Shown: one piece after another, positions 10,207-19,376 of the stretch
Numbering within the stretch: the stretch's first letter is position 1
Layout of the letters: every line of letters begins with the position of its first letter
Assembly: GCA_947630975.1 (NCBI GenBank)
Contig: CANRJP010000002.1
Span: forward strand, 1,096 to 65,095
Origin: an uncultured Clostridia bacterium
GTDB taxonomy: Bacteria; Bacillota; Clostridia; UMGS1883
Reading direction: 5' to 3'
Length of the DNA stretch: 64,000 nucleotides
Translations under genes and position numbers: made by a program
The notes under the pieces: generated by a model
What the model was told of the DNA's origin: nothing
What the model saw: only the letters and a program-made list of their open reading frames with translations
Database searches by the model: none

Positions 10207-10246
10207 GGGCCGCCCCGGCAGTATGAGGGCGGCCCCGTTTTTTTGC
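10207..10246 (+). terminator. intrinsic terminator GGGGCCGCCCCGG...GGGCGGCCCC + T7
   Basis: Perfect GC-rich hairpin followed by TTTTTTT. Confidence 0.5.
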
Positions 10247-10369
10247 GGTAATACTAAATAATTAGGGAATAGTATTACACGGCGCGGCGCCGCCCCGAGA
10301 CGTGCTTTTTTACGGGTTTTTTGTCTATATTGCACAAAATAATCGCACAAAAATTGGTTAAAAAAACTC

Positions 10370-10379
10370 GGGGGGGGGG
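10370..10379. repeat. G10 homopolymeric tract abutting promoter elements
   Basis: CTCGGGGGGGGGGTATAAT, immediately 5' of the TTGACA(10390)-17-TAAAAT promoter. Confidence 0.8.
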
Positions 10380-10389
10380 TATAATTTCG

Positions 10390-10418
10390 TTGACAAATTT
10401 AATTCAACATGGTAAAAT
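10390..10418 (+). promoter_or_regulatory. putative promoter TTGACA-17-TAAAAT for the low-GC surface-protein gene
   Basis: Consensus -35 with an exact 17-nt spacer, ~150 nt upstream of ATG 10571. Confidence 0.35.
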
Positions 10419-10570
10419 TATAGTGTATATTTTTGTACGCGGCACAGTTCGGCAAGGCGCGTCCCCGGTAAGCCGGAGGTCGACCGAAACCCCGGCGCCG
10501 CCCCGCTGTGACCGGCCGCGCGGCAAAATATACAAAAAATTTTAAATTCTTTTCAAGGAGGAAAAAAATT

Positions 10571-13500
10571 ATGAACGTAAAAAAGATTCTGTCTTTTGCC
10601 GTGGTTCTGGCCATGGTACTGACAGTAGTTCCCACGTTTGGGCTGGTTGCAAGCGCGGCGGATGAACAAGTCATATACGACCTTAACAGCTATGACTATA
10701 CAGGCGAAGTTCTAGTCGATAATTATGGCTTGACAAGCGTGGGGCATGTAAGGCTTAATGAGAAGAACTGGCAAAAAGGCGAGTGGGGTGATTATGGAGA
10801 CGGTAATGGCCAAAGCACATTGACATTCTTTAAAAATACAGCCAAAGGTGCAGGCAATGGTGTAACCGAAGTTGCTACATTTAATAATGCTGCCAATAGC
10901 CTTGACGCCGGTAAGATAGTAATTGATTTTAAATTTGCGTCAAGACAGACTTCTGATGACAACTACATGACGTGGTATTTTAAAGACCTTGACGGCAACA
11001 GTTTTGCTCGAATCTTCTGGGATACAGGAACCGGCAAAGGCAATCCTATTCCGGATATGCCAAATGCCACCGCCAACTTTGGTATTGGTACTACACAGTA
11101 TATAGTTAACTATGGTGAAGCGACTAGCCGTGACCAGGTTCTTGCACTTCGCGATGTGGCCTTCCGCATTGAGGCAGTCAAGGGTGATGACGGTTATACC
11201 GTTACATACTATAAAGACGGTCAAGTGCTTGGTACGTCCGAAAAAGTCGATAATATCAACGGCATTTCAAATATAACCGCTGATATAGGAGAGTATGGTA
11301 CTCAGTGGGGCGGCATGGGCGTTTATGACCTTAAAATTACAGCATCCGATTTTGCAACAGCATCTACGGTAAATTCTGTTAAAAAGGCTCTTGATGAAAT
11401 AGAAGTTGCAGCTCAGTCCAAAGGAGAGAAGATTGAGCTTGCAGATTCCGTAAATGACGGTCACACTGATTTTGATGTAACCTGGACTTCTGACAACGAG
11501 GAATTTGTCGATTCGGAAGGCAATGTTACTGTCAGTGATGTTGTTACCGTTGCGAATCTTACGCCGAGCACCACATTTGATGGAGAAACCGTAAAAGGTA
11601 CTTCTAAGAAAGTCGTTGTATTCCCCGCGTCCCGCGCAGGTAAGGAGTATACTACTGAGTCTGCTATTTATAGTATTGATGGGGAAAACCAGATATCCAA
11701 CGGCAGTTTTGAAGGTGATGAAAACATTAATTTGACAGATTGGAAATCGCATATCAATGAAGATACAAACGGTGCTATATATCCTTTGACAACTGATATT
11801 ACTACCATACCCGACGGTAAATATGCCTATGGTGCAAGATGGGGCGATGGTGTAACTGATAGCGCTGCTAAGAAGGGTGATAAGGATTGTACAATCTGGA
11901 CATTCTTCCCTGTTAGCGCCGGATTGAATTACTTCTCTTTCTATGGAAAATATCTTTGCAACAACTATACAGGTGCTAAAATTTATGCGTATTTCTCTGA
12001 AACCGATACACATGATAGTTTAAAAGAACCTGCTTCGACACTTGATCAGCTTAAAACAATAGAACTTAATACGGAATGGAACAGGTATGAGTACATATTT
12101 GATTCTGAGAAGGATGGATATGTAGTATTTGTTGCTTATAGTCTTAATGAATGGGCCAATGGCAACAGCAACAATCCTGCAAATGCCGGAGCTTGTTTTG
12201 ATAACTTTGAGCTTTATAAAGCCGAGCAGGTTACCGAGGAGCTCACAAAGGTTGAGGAAGTTAAACCCATCAACATAGGTAACGGTACGGATATAAGCAC
12301 ACTACTTCCCAAGACTCTTAAAGGTACATATTCCAAGGGAACCGTTAGGGATGTTGACGTTACATGGAATATACAGGGTCTTGACTTTACAAATAATGCC
12401 GCTGAACCAAAGAAAATTACTGTAACCGGTACAGTAACTGACGGTAGCGTTACTCTTAATCCTAAAGTTGAAGTAACCGTTTATTACTCTTTTGAAATCA
12501 GCGGTGAAAATGCTAACGGCCATGGTCAGTATGATACTAAGAAGGCCATTACTTTCCCTGCTGTGGCCACTGACAAGCTCGCCGTTGAGTACGATGTTGT
12601 CTTTACTAAGTTTGGCGATGCCTGCATTCAGATTTGCGACCCCACAAAGGTAAATGATAACTTTGGTAATGGCTGCCAAGTTGGTCTTGGTGTCGATGCC
12701 GCAGGCGGATTCCGCCCCGTTAACGGTAATGGAACAGGTGGTAGACCTGATGGCGTTACGGACATAACAATCCTTACAATGAAACTTGGTAAGACTTATC
12801 ATGTCACTGAAAATATTGATGTTAAGACTCAAAAGTATTCCGTTTCCGTATATGAACCCAATGGTGAATATGCTGCCAATACTGAATTTGGTTTCCGTGG
12901 CAACGCTGATCAAGTCGGTGTAATGTATCTGTTTGACAATCAGGGTGAGGCTGATTTCGTTGTCTCTAATCTTAAGGGCGTATATGGGACAATCGATGAT
13001 AAGATGGAGACTTGGGATGTTACCGTCAATTATGTGACAGAAAGCGGCGGCAATGCTGTTAATACTGTTAAGAAGAGAGTAATTAAGGGCGGCGACGTTT
13101 CCTTCGACGCTTATGAGTACCGTGAAGGCGCCAAATTCTATAAGGCTGAGCCTCAGACTTATACCGGTGTTACTGCCAACAAAACTGAGGAAGTTGTACT
13201 CGAAAATGACGACTCCAAGATTCTTTCTTCCGCAGATTTCTCTTACAACTTCAGCAAGAACGAGGTAATTTGGGCCGGCGATAATAATTTTAATAGTGCT
13301 GAAAAAACCGGTACGATTTCCATAGGCTGGGGTAATTTCCGCGAGACGATTATGGCTTATAAACTGCCCGAAATTACCGACAAGCAGATGATAAAATCTG
13401 CGGTTCTTAATACCACCGCAGGTTTTGTTTCCGGTACAGAAGGTAAAGGCGAGTATAAGGTTTATGCTATTGATCCCAGCTATGTTGATGTGGCTGGAGG

Positions 13501-14530
13501 CACTATGAAGGGTTTGCCTGGATTTGATGAAGTACGTGAAGATGTAAAGAACGATAAAGGTGATGTAACAGAAGCCAAAGCCCTTCAATGGAGCGCTCGT
13601 CATGCTGTACTTAATGAACTTAAGGCCGTTGAGGTAGCCTCCATTACGGTTAAAACCAATGACACTCCTGCTATAACTCTCGACCTCACTAAGGTTAAGG
13701 ATTTTGCGGTCAAAGATACCCTTGCTCTCCTTATACTTTCAGGAAATCAGGTTTATACATACAGCGCTACAACGGATAAATTCCCGTTCCTGTCTGATGT
13801 TGAAACCATAGACATCCCCGAGATTCCCACTATCGAGGCCAAGCTTAGTTGGAACGGTACGGCTTTCACTATCGACTATGTTCCCACGACCGAGGTAACT
13901 CCCGTTGAGGGCGCGACCTACGCCGTAGAGGTTAGCGATGGCGAGAAGACGCTTGAGGGCGGCGCATACGTACCTTCCAAAGATGCGGGCGTCGGTATAG
14001 TTCCCAATGACACCAACCGCATTTACTCCGCTACTTCCACCGTTACCGTCAGCGATGTAGTATTTAAGGCTGAGACCGCTGTTAAGGCCGGTATCTACGG
14101 TCTTGTTATGGACGCTATCGTAAACAGCACGCTTGACGGCGAGATTAACGCCGAGCAGCTTACCGTTGTGAACGAGGTTCTTAAGAACGGTAATATTCTT
14201 CTTACCGCTGATGAGGAGGGTACGCTTAAGCTCACCGAGGCTGCCGATAAGGTTATGACCCTTGAGGGTGACACTATCACTCTTACCGAAAAGGCCGTTC
14301 AGCTTGGCCTCAGGTTCACCACTATCGGCGTCGGTACGGATGCCGCGACGGCTCCTGTTGCTACAGTAAGTGATGACGGCAAGAGCATTACCCTTCCCGA
14401 TGGCGTGACCACCGCCGAGGCTATGGTTCTTTCCCTTGATTCCGTATACCTTGAGTTTGTTCCCACCGAAATGGCCGACGTGGACGCCGACGGCGCCGAC
14501 GCCGTTCAGGACTTCATCCCTGAACTTTAA
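10571..14530 (+). CDS. large secreted surface/adhesin-like protein with CBM_4_9-like carbohydrate-binding module and Ig-like domains
   Basis: ATG at 10571 after AAGGAGG. Signal peptide MNVKKILSFAVVLAMVLTVVPTFGLVASAAD. A CBM-like module (ISNGSFEG...CFDNFELY). GC (~42%) and codon usage differ clearly from the ~60% GC neighbours. Confidence 0.75.
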   Translation: MNVKKILSFAVVLAMVLTVVPTFGLVASAADEQVIYDLNSYDYTGEVLVDNYGLTSVGHVRLNEKNWQKGEWGDYGDGNGQSTLTFFKNTAKGAGNGVTEVATFNNAANSLDAGKIVIDFKFASRQTSDDNYMTWYFKDLDGNSFARIFWDTGTGKGNPIPDMPNATANFGIGTTQYIVNYGEATSRDQVLALRDVAFRIEAVKGDDGYTVTYYKDGQVLGTSEKVDNINGISNITADIGEYGTQWGGMGVYDLKITASDFATASTVNSVKKALDEIEVAAQSKGEKIELADSVNDGHTDFDVTWTSDNEEFVDSEGNVTVSDVVTVANLTPSTTFDGETVKGTSKKVVVFPASRAGKEYTTESAIYSIDGENQISNGSFEGDENINLTDWKSHINEDTNGAIYPLTTDITTIPDGKYAYGARWGDGVTDSAAKKGDKDCTIWTFFPVSAGLNYFSFYGKYLCNNYTGAKIYAYFSETDTHDSLKEPASTLDQLKTIELNTEWNRYEYIFDSEKDGYVVFVAYSLNEWANGNSNNPANAGACFDNFELYKAEQVTEELTKVEEVKPINIGNGTDISTLLPKTLKGTYSKGTVRDVDVTWNIQGLDFTNNAAEPKKITVTGTVTDGSVTLNPKVEVTVYYSFEISGENANGHGQYDTKKAITFPAVATDKLAVEYDVVFTKFGDACIQICDPTKVNDNFGNGCQVGLGVDAAGGFRPVNGNGTGGRPDGVTDITILTMKLGKTYHVTENIDVKTQKYSVSVYEPNGEYAANTEFGFRGNADQVGVMYLFDNQGEADFVVSNLKGVYGTIDDKMETWDVTVNYVTESGGNAVNTVKKRVIKGGDVSFDAYEYREGAKFYKAEPQTYTGVTANKTEEVVLENDDSKILSSADFSYNFSKNEVIWAGDNNFNSAEKTGTISIGWGNFRETIMAYKLPEITDKQMIKSAVLNTTAGFVSGTEGKGEYKVYAIDPSYVDVAGGTMKGLPGFDEVREDVKNDKGDVTEAKALQWSARHAVLNELKAVEVASITVKTNDTPAITLDLTKVKDFAVKDTLALLILSGNQVYTYSATTDKFPFLSDVETIDIPEIPTIEAKLSWNGTAFTIDYVPTTEVTPVEGATYAVEVSDGEKTLEGGAYVPSKDAGVGIVPNDTNRIYSATSTVTVSDVVFKAETAVKAGIYGLVMDAIVNSTLDGEINAEQLTVVNEVLKNGNILLTADEEGTLKLTEAADKVMTLEGDTITLTEKAVQLGLRFTTIGVGTDAATAPVATVSDDGKSITLPDGVTTAEAMVLSLDSVYLEFVPTEMADVDADGADAVQDFIPEL

Positions 14531-14548
14531 TGAAGGAGGATGATTTAA

Positions 14549-14728
14549 ATGAAAAAATTTAACACACCCGAAATCAATTCCGTTGAGCTTAACGCCGTCG
14601 AGGCCGTAATGGATTCCATGCTGGTTAAGTTAGACGCAAACAGCGTCGGAGGTAAGGTTATCAGGTACAGCATTACCGACGACGACCGCGAAGAGAGCGA
14701 TAAGCAGAAATATTGGTCCGGCAAGTAA
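14549..14728 (+). CDS. small ORF (59 aa) translationally coupled behind the surface-protein gene
   Basis: ATG 14549 lies 10 nt after GAAGGAGGA. It ends at TAA 14726-14728. A terminator follows. It falls below the ORF-track length cutoff. Confidence 0.4.
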   Translation: MKKFNTPEINSVELNAVEAVMDSMLVKLDANSVGGKVIRYSITDDDREESDKQKYWSGK

Positions 14729-14746
14729 TTTAAAAAACGGATATTG

Positions 14747-14795
14747 AAAAACAGCCTCCTATGGAAGAAATTCTATAGGAGGTTTTGTTGTGCCG
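14747..14795 (+). terminator. intrinsic terminator (CAGCCTCCTATGG...CTATAGGAGGTTTTGTTGT)
   Basis: Hairpin followed by a T-rich run after the small ORF. Confidence 0.45.
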
Positions 14796-14857
14796 GTCTA
14801 ATTCTTAATTAGCGCATATATGCCCGCAAAAATTTTCAAATTTTTTAAAAAAATATA

Positions 14858-14899
14858 TTGACAAATTTTTATTAGTATGCTAATATTAGTATGCTAAAT
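14858..14899 (+). promoter_or_regulatory. promoter TTGACA-17-TAATAT overlapped by tandem near-palindromic operator ATTAGTATGCTAAT x2
   Basis: Hexamers and a 14-bp direct repeat (14871-14884 and 14885-14898), each internally pseudo-palindromic (TTAGTA/TGCTAA). They lie 22 nt upstream of the MarR ATG. Confidence 0.4.
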
Positions 14900-14920
14900 T
14901 TGCAGCGAGGAGGGATATAT

Positions 14921-15376
14921 ATGGAAAGGATCGGCAAGATTTTTGTGGATGTGACCCGCTATCACCGCTATATGGTTCAAAACGCGGTGGGCAAGCTGGG
15001 CCTTGGCCGCGGGATGCCTCCGGTGCTGGAGTATGTTATCCATCACGACGGCTGCCGTCAGTCGGACATCAGCCGCGAGGGGCACATGACCCCCGCCACC
15101 GCCACGGTAATGCTCCAAACTCTGGAGAAAAACGGCTATATCACCCGTAAAAGCGACGAGAGCGACCAGCGCTGCATACGCCTGTACATCACCGACGAGG
15201 GCCGCAGGGTCGCCGCGCTGGGCAAGCGGGCCGTGGAAAGCTTCGACGACGAGTTCTTCGGCATTCTCAGCGAGGAGGATCGCGGGACTTTGGCGGCTCT
15301 GCTGATGAAGCTCCATGACGCTATTGACGAAAAAATTGAAAAGAGTAAAAATTCAGGAAAGGAAAAACAGGCATGA
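14921..15376 (+). CDS. MarR-family transcriptional regulator
   Basis: Size ~150 aa and the position/character of the winged-HTH segment are typical of MarR. It sits upstream of ABC exporter genes. Confidence 0.75.
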   Translation: MERIGKIFVDVTRYHRYMVQNAVGKLGLGRGMPPVLEYVIHHDGCRQSDISREGHMTPATATVMLQTLEKNGYITRKSDESDQRCIRLYITDEGRRVAALGKRAVESFDDEFFGILSEEDRGTLAALLMKLHDAIDEKIEKSKNSGKEKQA

Positions 15377-17103
15377 AAAGATTTCTTAAATATCTCAACG
15401 GCGCCTGGCTGGCGGTGTTTCTCGCTCCGGCCATGATGATCCTTGAGGTATACTGCGATCTGCGCCAGCCGGATATTATGGCTAACATCGTGGATGTGGG
15501 CATAAAGGGCGGAGCCGGAACAGGATACATACTTAATCAGGGCATACGGATGGTGCTCACGGCCCTTGTCGGCTTTGTGGGCGGCTCCGGCAGTCTGTAC
15601 TTCGCCACCAAGGCCAGCCAGCACTTCGGCTACAAACTGCGCAAGGACGTGTTCCATAAAATTCAGGAATTCTCCTTCGCCAACATCGACCACTTTTCCA
15701 GCGCCTCGCTGGTGACGAGAAACACCAACGACGTTGTGACTCTGATGATGATAGTGGGCATGGCCCTGCGTATGCTGGTTCGGGCGCCCATGACGTTTTT
15801 GGGCGGCATAGCTCACGCCGTTCAGATAAACGCCGAGCTGGCGCTGGTTCTGGCGGTGGCCATACCGCTGCTGCTCATCACGATTTTTGTCGTTGTGCGC
15901 AAGACCTTCCCCCTGTTCAGTCAGGTACAGTACAAGCTGGACCGTGTAAACGCCGTTATTCAGGAAAACCTCACCGGTATCCGCGTAGTTAAGGCCTTTG
16001 ACCGGGCACAGCACGAGAACGACCGCTTCGGCGAGGCAAACAACGAGTATGTTCAGCTTTCTATCAAGGCCAACCAGATAATGTCCTTCATGATGCCCAT
16101 TATCAACATGATAATGAACGTCACGATAGTCGCCGTCCTCTGGCTGGGAGCCAGACTTGTGGGTGCGGGCGACATGATGGTCGGCGAGGTCAACGCCTTT
16201 ATCCAGTATATAGGCCGTATTCTCGGCTCTCTGACAATGATGAGCATGATGTTCATGTCCGTGTCCCGCGCCCAGGCCAGCGCAAGGCGTATTTCCGAGG
16301 TGCTGGACGAGGAGATAGACATCGTTTCGCCTGAAAAGCCCAAGGCCGAAAAGGTCGAAAAGGGCGGCATAGAGTTCAAGGACGTGTCCTTCCGTTACCG
16401 GGGCGCCGGCGGCGACCCCGCCATCAGGCACATCAGCTTCAAGGCCGAGCCCGGCGACATAGTAGCCATACTCGGCTCCACAGGCAGCGGAAAGTCCACC
16501 CTTGTCAACCTCATTCCGCGGCTCTATGACGCCACCGAGGGCGAGGTGCTCGTGGACGGCATAAATGTAAAGGATTACGACGTGGAGGGCCTGCGTATGG
16601 GTATAGGCATGGTGCTCCAGAACGTTATCCTCTTTACCGGCACCATAGCCGACAACCTCCGCTGGGGCAAGGCGGACGCCACCGACGAGGAGGTTCGCGA
16701 GGCGGCGGCCATGGCTCAGGCACAGGAATTTATAGGCAAGAACCCCGACGGCTACGACGCCATGCTGGGCCAGATGGGCGTCAACTTCTCCGGCGGTCAG
16801 AAGCAGCGGCTTTCCATCGCCAGAGCTTTGATAAAGAAGCCGAAGATACTCATTCTGGACGACAGCACCAGCGCCGTGGACACCGCCACCGAGGCGAAGA
16901 TACGCGCCTGCTTCAACCACCAGCTCAAGGACACCACGGTGATAATCATAGCCCAGCGCATTTCCAGCGCCCGCAACGCCGACAAGATACTTGTCATGGA
17001 AAACGGCGAAATAGTGGACGTGGGCACTCACGACAGCCTCATGAAGTCCAGCGCCGTTTATCAGGAAATTTATTATTCTCAGCTTGAAAAGGAGGATGAG
17101 TGA
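15373..17103 (+). CDS. ABC exporter permease/ATPase fusion (heterodimer subunit 1)
   Basis: Six TM segments followed by Walker A (GSTGSGKST), signature (FSGGQKQRLSIARAL) and Walker B (ILILDDSTSAVD). Confidence 0.9.
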   Translation: MKRFLKYLNGAWLAVFLAPAMMILEVYCDLRQPDIMANIVDVGIKGGAGTGYILNQGIRMVLTALVGFVGGSGSLYFATKASQHFGYKLRKDVFHKIQEFSFANIDHFSSASLVTRNTNDVVTLMMIVGMALRMLVRAPMTFLGGIAHAVQINAELALVLAVAIPLLLITIFVVVRKTFPLFSQVQYKLDRVNAVIQENLTGIRVVKAFDRAQHENDRFGEANNEYVQLSIKANQIMSFMMPIINMIMNVTIVAVLWLGARLVGAGDMMVGEVNAFIQYIGRILGSLTMMSMMFMSVSRAQASARRISEVLDEEIDIVSPEKPKAEKVEKGGIEFKDVSFRYRGAGGDPAIRHISFKAEPGDIVAILGSTGSGKSTLVNLIPRLYDATEGEVLVDGINVKDYDVEGLRMGIGMVLQNVILFTGTIADNLRWGKADATDEEVREAAAMAQAQEFIGKNPDGYDAMLGQMGVNFSGGQKQRLSIARALIKKPKILILDDSTSAVDTATEAKIRACFNHQLKDTTVIIIAQRISSARNADKILVMENGEIVDVGTHDSLMKSSAVYQEIYYSQLEKEDE

Positions 17104-17104
17104 T

Positions 17105-18973
17105 ATGGGACCCAGAGGACCGAGACCCGGCGGCGGCCCCGGCAGAGGGCCGGGACCCGCGATGAGCACCGAAAGGGCTAAAAACTCAAAGGGCACCATT
17201 CTCCGCCTTTTGAAATACCTTGCCAAGTTCAAGGGCAGCCTTGCTCTTGTTATAATACTGGTCTGCCTGAGCACCGTTGCCAATTTGGGCGGAACCTACT
17301 GTCTGCGGCCGGTTATCAATTCCATAAGCATGATAGGCGATGTGAACGAGACCACCGGCGCCGTAATTACTCTTGCCGACATGAGCGGCGACATAACCCG
17401 GGGGCTTATTGCCCTGCTGGCCCTGTACTTTTTGGGCGCCCTTGCCAACTGGGGTCAGAGCTACCTCCTCGCTTCCGTGTCCCAGAACACGGTAAAGGAG
17501 ATACGTATGGATATGTTCCAGAAGATGGAAAAGCTCTCCCTGCGTTTTTTTGACACCCACACCCACGGCGAACTTATGAGCCGCGCCACCAACGATGTGG
17601 AGACCATAAGCCAGACTCTGAGCATGAGCGTGGCCCAGATATTCTCCAGCGTGATAACCCTCATCGGCACACTGATAATGATGATAATACTCAGCATACC
17701 GCTGACGGTGGTAACTCTTATTATCGTGCCCATAATGCTCTTCCTGACCCGCACCATCGCCAAGTACACCCGCCGCTACTACAGCAGACAGCAGGCGTCC
17801 CTTGGCGAGATGAACGGACATATCGAGGAGATAGTCAGCGGCGAGTACGCCGTAAAGGTGTTCTGCCGTGAAAAACAGGCGGAGGAGAAGTTTGACGCCC
17901 TAAGTCAGGGCTACTATAAAAACGCCGTTCGGGCACAGGTGGTTTCCGGCGTTGTGGCGCCCCTGATGGGTATGTTCAACAACCTGAACTACGCCGTCAC
18001 GGCCTTTATGGGCGGATATTTCGCCGTGGTAAGGCTCTTCGGGGTATTCGCGACCATGGATATAGGCTCGGTTGCGGCTTTCCTCAATTACAGTAATATG
18101 TTCTCCCGTCCGGTGAACGAGCTGGCCAATATGTTCTCCCAGTTCCAGTCGGCTCTGGCCGGCGCCGAGCGTGTGTTCGCCATCATGGATGAGCCCAACG
18201 AGTACATCGGCGACGCCGCGAAGCCCGAGCTTGGCCCGGTCAAGGGCGAGGTCGTTCTGGATCATGTGAATTTCGGCTACGACGACAGCCGCCTTATACT
18301 CAAGGACATTTGCATCCACGCCAAGCCCGGCGAGACCATTGCTCTTGTTGGCCCCACCGGCGCGGGCAAGACCACGATAGTCAATCTGCTGACCCGCTTC
18401 TACGACGTGAACGACGGCAAGATCACCGTGGACGGCATCGACATTTCCTCCGTGCGGAAGGATTCCCTGCGCCGGCGCATCGCCATTGTGCTTCAGGACA
18501 CTCATATGTTCAGCGAGACCGTCCGTGAGAATATACGCTACGGCAAGCTGGACGCCGGCGACGACGACGTTGAGAACGCCGCTTATCTGGCCAACGCTCA
18601 CGAGTTCATCGAGCGGCTCCACGACGGCTACGACACCATGCTCAACGACGACGCCTCCAACATCAGTCAGGGCCAGCGCCAGCTTTTGTCCATAGCCCGT
18701 GCCATGATAGCCGATCCGGATATACTGATTTTGGACGAGGCGACCAGCTCCGTCGATACCCGTACCGAGCTGAAAATTCAGGAGGCCATGAAGAACCTGA
18801 TGTACGGCCGCACAAGCTTTGTGATCGCTCACCGGCTCTCCACCATTCGCGAGGCCGACAAGATACTCGTGCTTGTGGACGGCCGCATTGTGGAGCAGGG
18901 CAACCATAAGGAGCTTATCGCTCTTGACGGAATGTACGCCAAGCTGTACAACGGACAGTTTGAAAACGCCTGA
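17105..18973 (+). CDS. ABC exporter permease/ATPase fusion (heterodimer subunit 2)
   Basis: ATG 17105 after AAGGAGGATGAG (the ORF-track start at 17084 is an upstream extension). Walker A (GPTGAGKTT), signature (ISQGQRQLLSIARAM), Walker B (ILILDEATSSVD). Confidence 0.85.
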   Translation: MGPRGPRPGGGPGRGPGPAMSTERAKNSKGTILRLLKYLAKFKGSLALVIILVCLSTVANLGGTYCLRPVINSISMIGDVNETTGAVITLADMSGDITRGLIALLALYFLGALANWGQSYLLASVSQNTVKEIRMDMFQKMEKLSLRFFDTHTHGELMSRATNDVETISQTLSMSVAQIFSSVITLIGTLIMMIILSIPLTVVTLIIVPIMLFLTRTIAKYTRRYYSRQQASLGEMNGHIEEIVSGEYAVKVFCREKQAEEKFDALSQGYYKNAVRAQVVSGVVAPLMGMFNNLNYAVTAFMGGYFAVVRLFGVFATMDIGSVAAFLNYSNMFSRPVNELANMFSQFQSALAGAERVFAIMDEPNEYIGDAAKPELGPVKGEVVLDHVNFGYDDSRLILKDICIHAKPGETIALVGPTGAGKTTIVNLLTRFYDVNDGKITVDGIDISSVRKDSLRRRIAIVLQDTHMFSETVRENIRYGKLDAGDDDVENAAYLANAHEFIERLHDGYDTMLNDDASNISQGQRQLLSIARAMIADPDILILDEATSSVDTRTELKIQEAMKNLMYGRTSFVIAHRLSTIREADKILVLVDGRIVEQGNHKELIALDGMYAKLYNGQFENA

Positions 18974-19008
18974 TATTTAAGGGGCTGTTTAATGGAGCTG
19001 TAGTTTTT

Positions 19009-19192
19009 ATACTAATCCCAATTAAAAGCGTCTAATAAAGCCTTCTCCTTGAGGAGAAGGTGGCACGAAGTGCCGGATGAGGTGTAGGATGCGAAGCATC
19101 CGTTATACGTTTACAGTTACACTAACGCCGCCTGTGGCGGCTACACCTCATCAGTCGGCTTCGCCGACAGCTTCCCCTCGAGGGGAAGCCTT
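19009..19192. repeat. structured repeat element B sharing the 5' terminus (TACTAATCCCAATTAAAAG) with family A
   Basis: Terminus matches family A. Dense hairpins: CCTTCTCC/GGAGAAGG, GGCAC-GAA-GTGCC, GATGAGGTGTAG...CTACACCTCATC, CTTCCCCTC/GAGGGGAAG. Confidence 0.5.
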
Positions 19193-19290
19193 TTTAATCT
19201 GTCATTGTTACCGTAATAAATTCGCATATTTATGTTTTTAATTTGAGGTTAGTATTATACCACTCTTTCATTCTATTTTGTAGTTCTTAT
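19193..19290. repeat. 85-bp flank module (ATCTGTCATTGTTACCGTAA...AGTATTATACNACTCTT), copy 1
   Basis: Also present at 23222-23300, directly after copy 1 of the 530-bp element. Confidence 0.5.
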
Positions 19291-19325
19291 TTGGGGGTGG
19301 TAGTATTACAGCCCTATTTTTATTG

Positions 19326-19354
19326 TTGACAAATATATATAAATAATGTATAAT
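19326..19354 (+). promoter_or_regulatory. consensus sigma-A promoter TTGACA-17-TATAAT
   Basis: Perfect hexamers with an exact 17-nt spacer, 23 nt upstream of RBS AAGAGGTGG and ATG 19377. Confidence 0.5.
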
Positions 19355-19376
19355 TAAGAAAAAAGAGGTGGACCGT

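Noticed and set aside
11267-13603. Two antisense ORFs (248 and 433 aa) inside the low-GC surface-protein gene.
   Set aside because: Ile/Asn/Phe-rich low-complexity translations typical of AT-rich antisense. The sense frame has a signal peptide and a CBM motif.
14440-14530. Possible dockerin-like C-terminus (ADVDADGADAVQDFI) on the large surface protein.
   Set aside because: Only one degenerate half-site. It lacks the duplicated Ca-binding DxNxDGxxN pattern.
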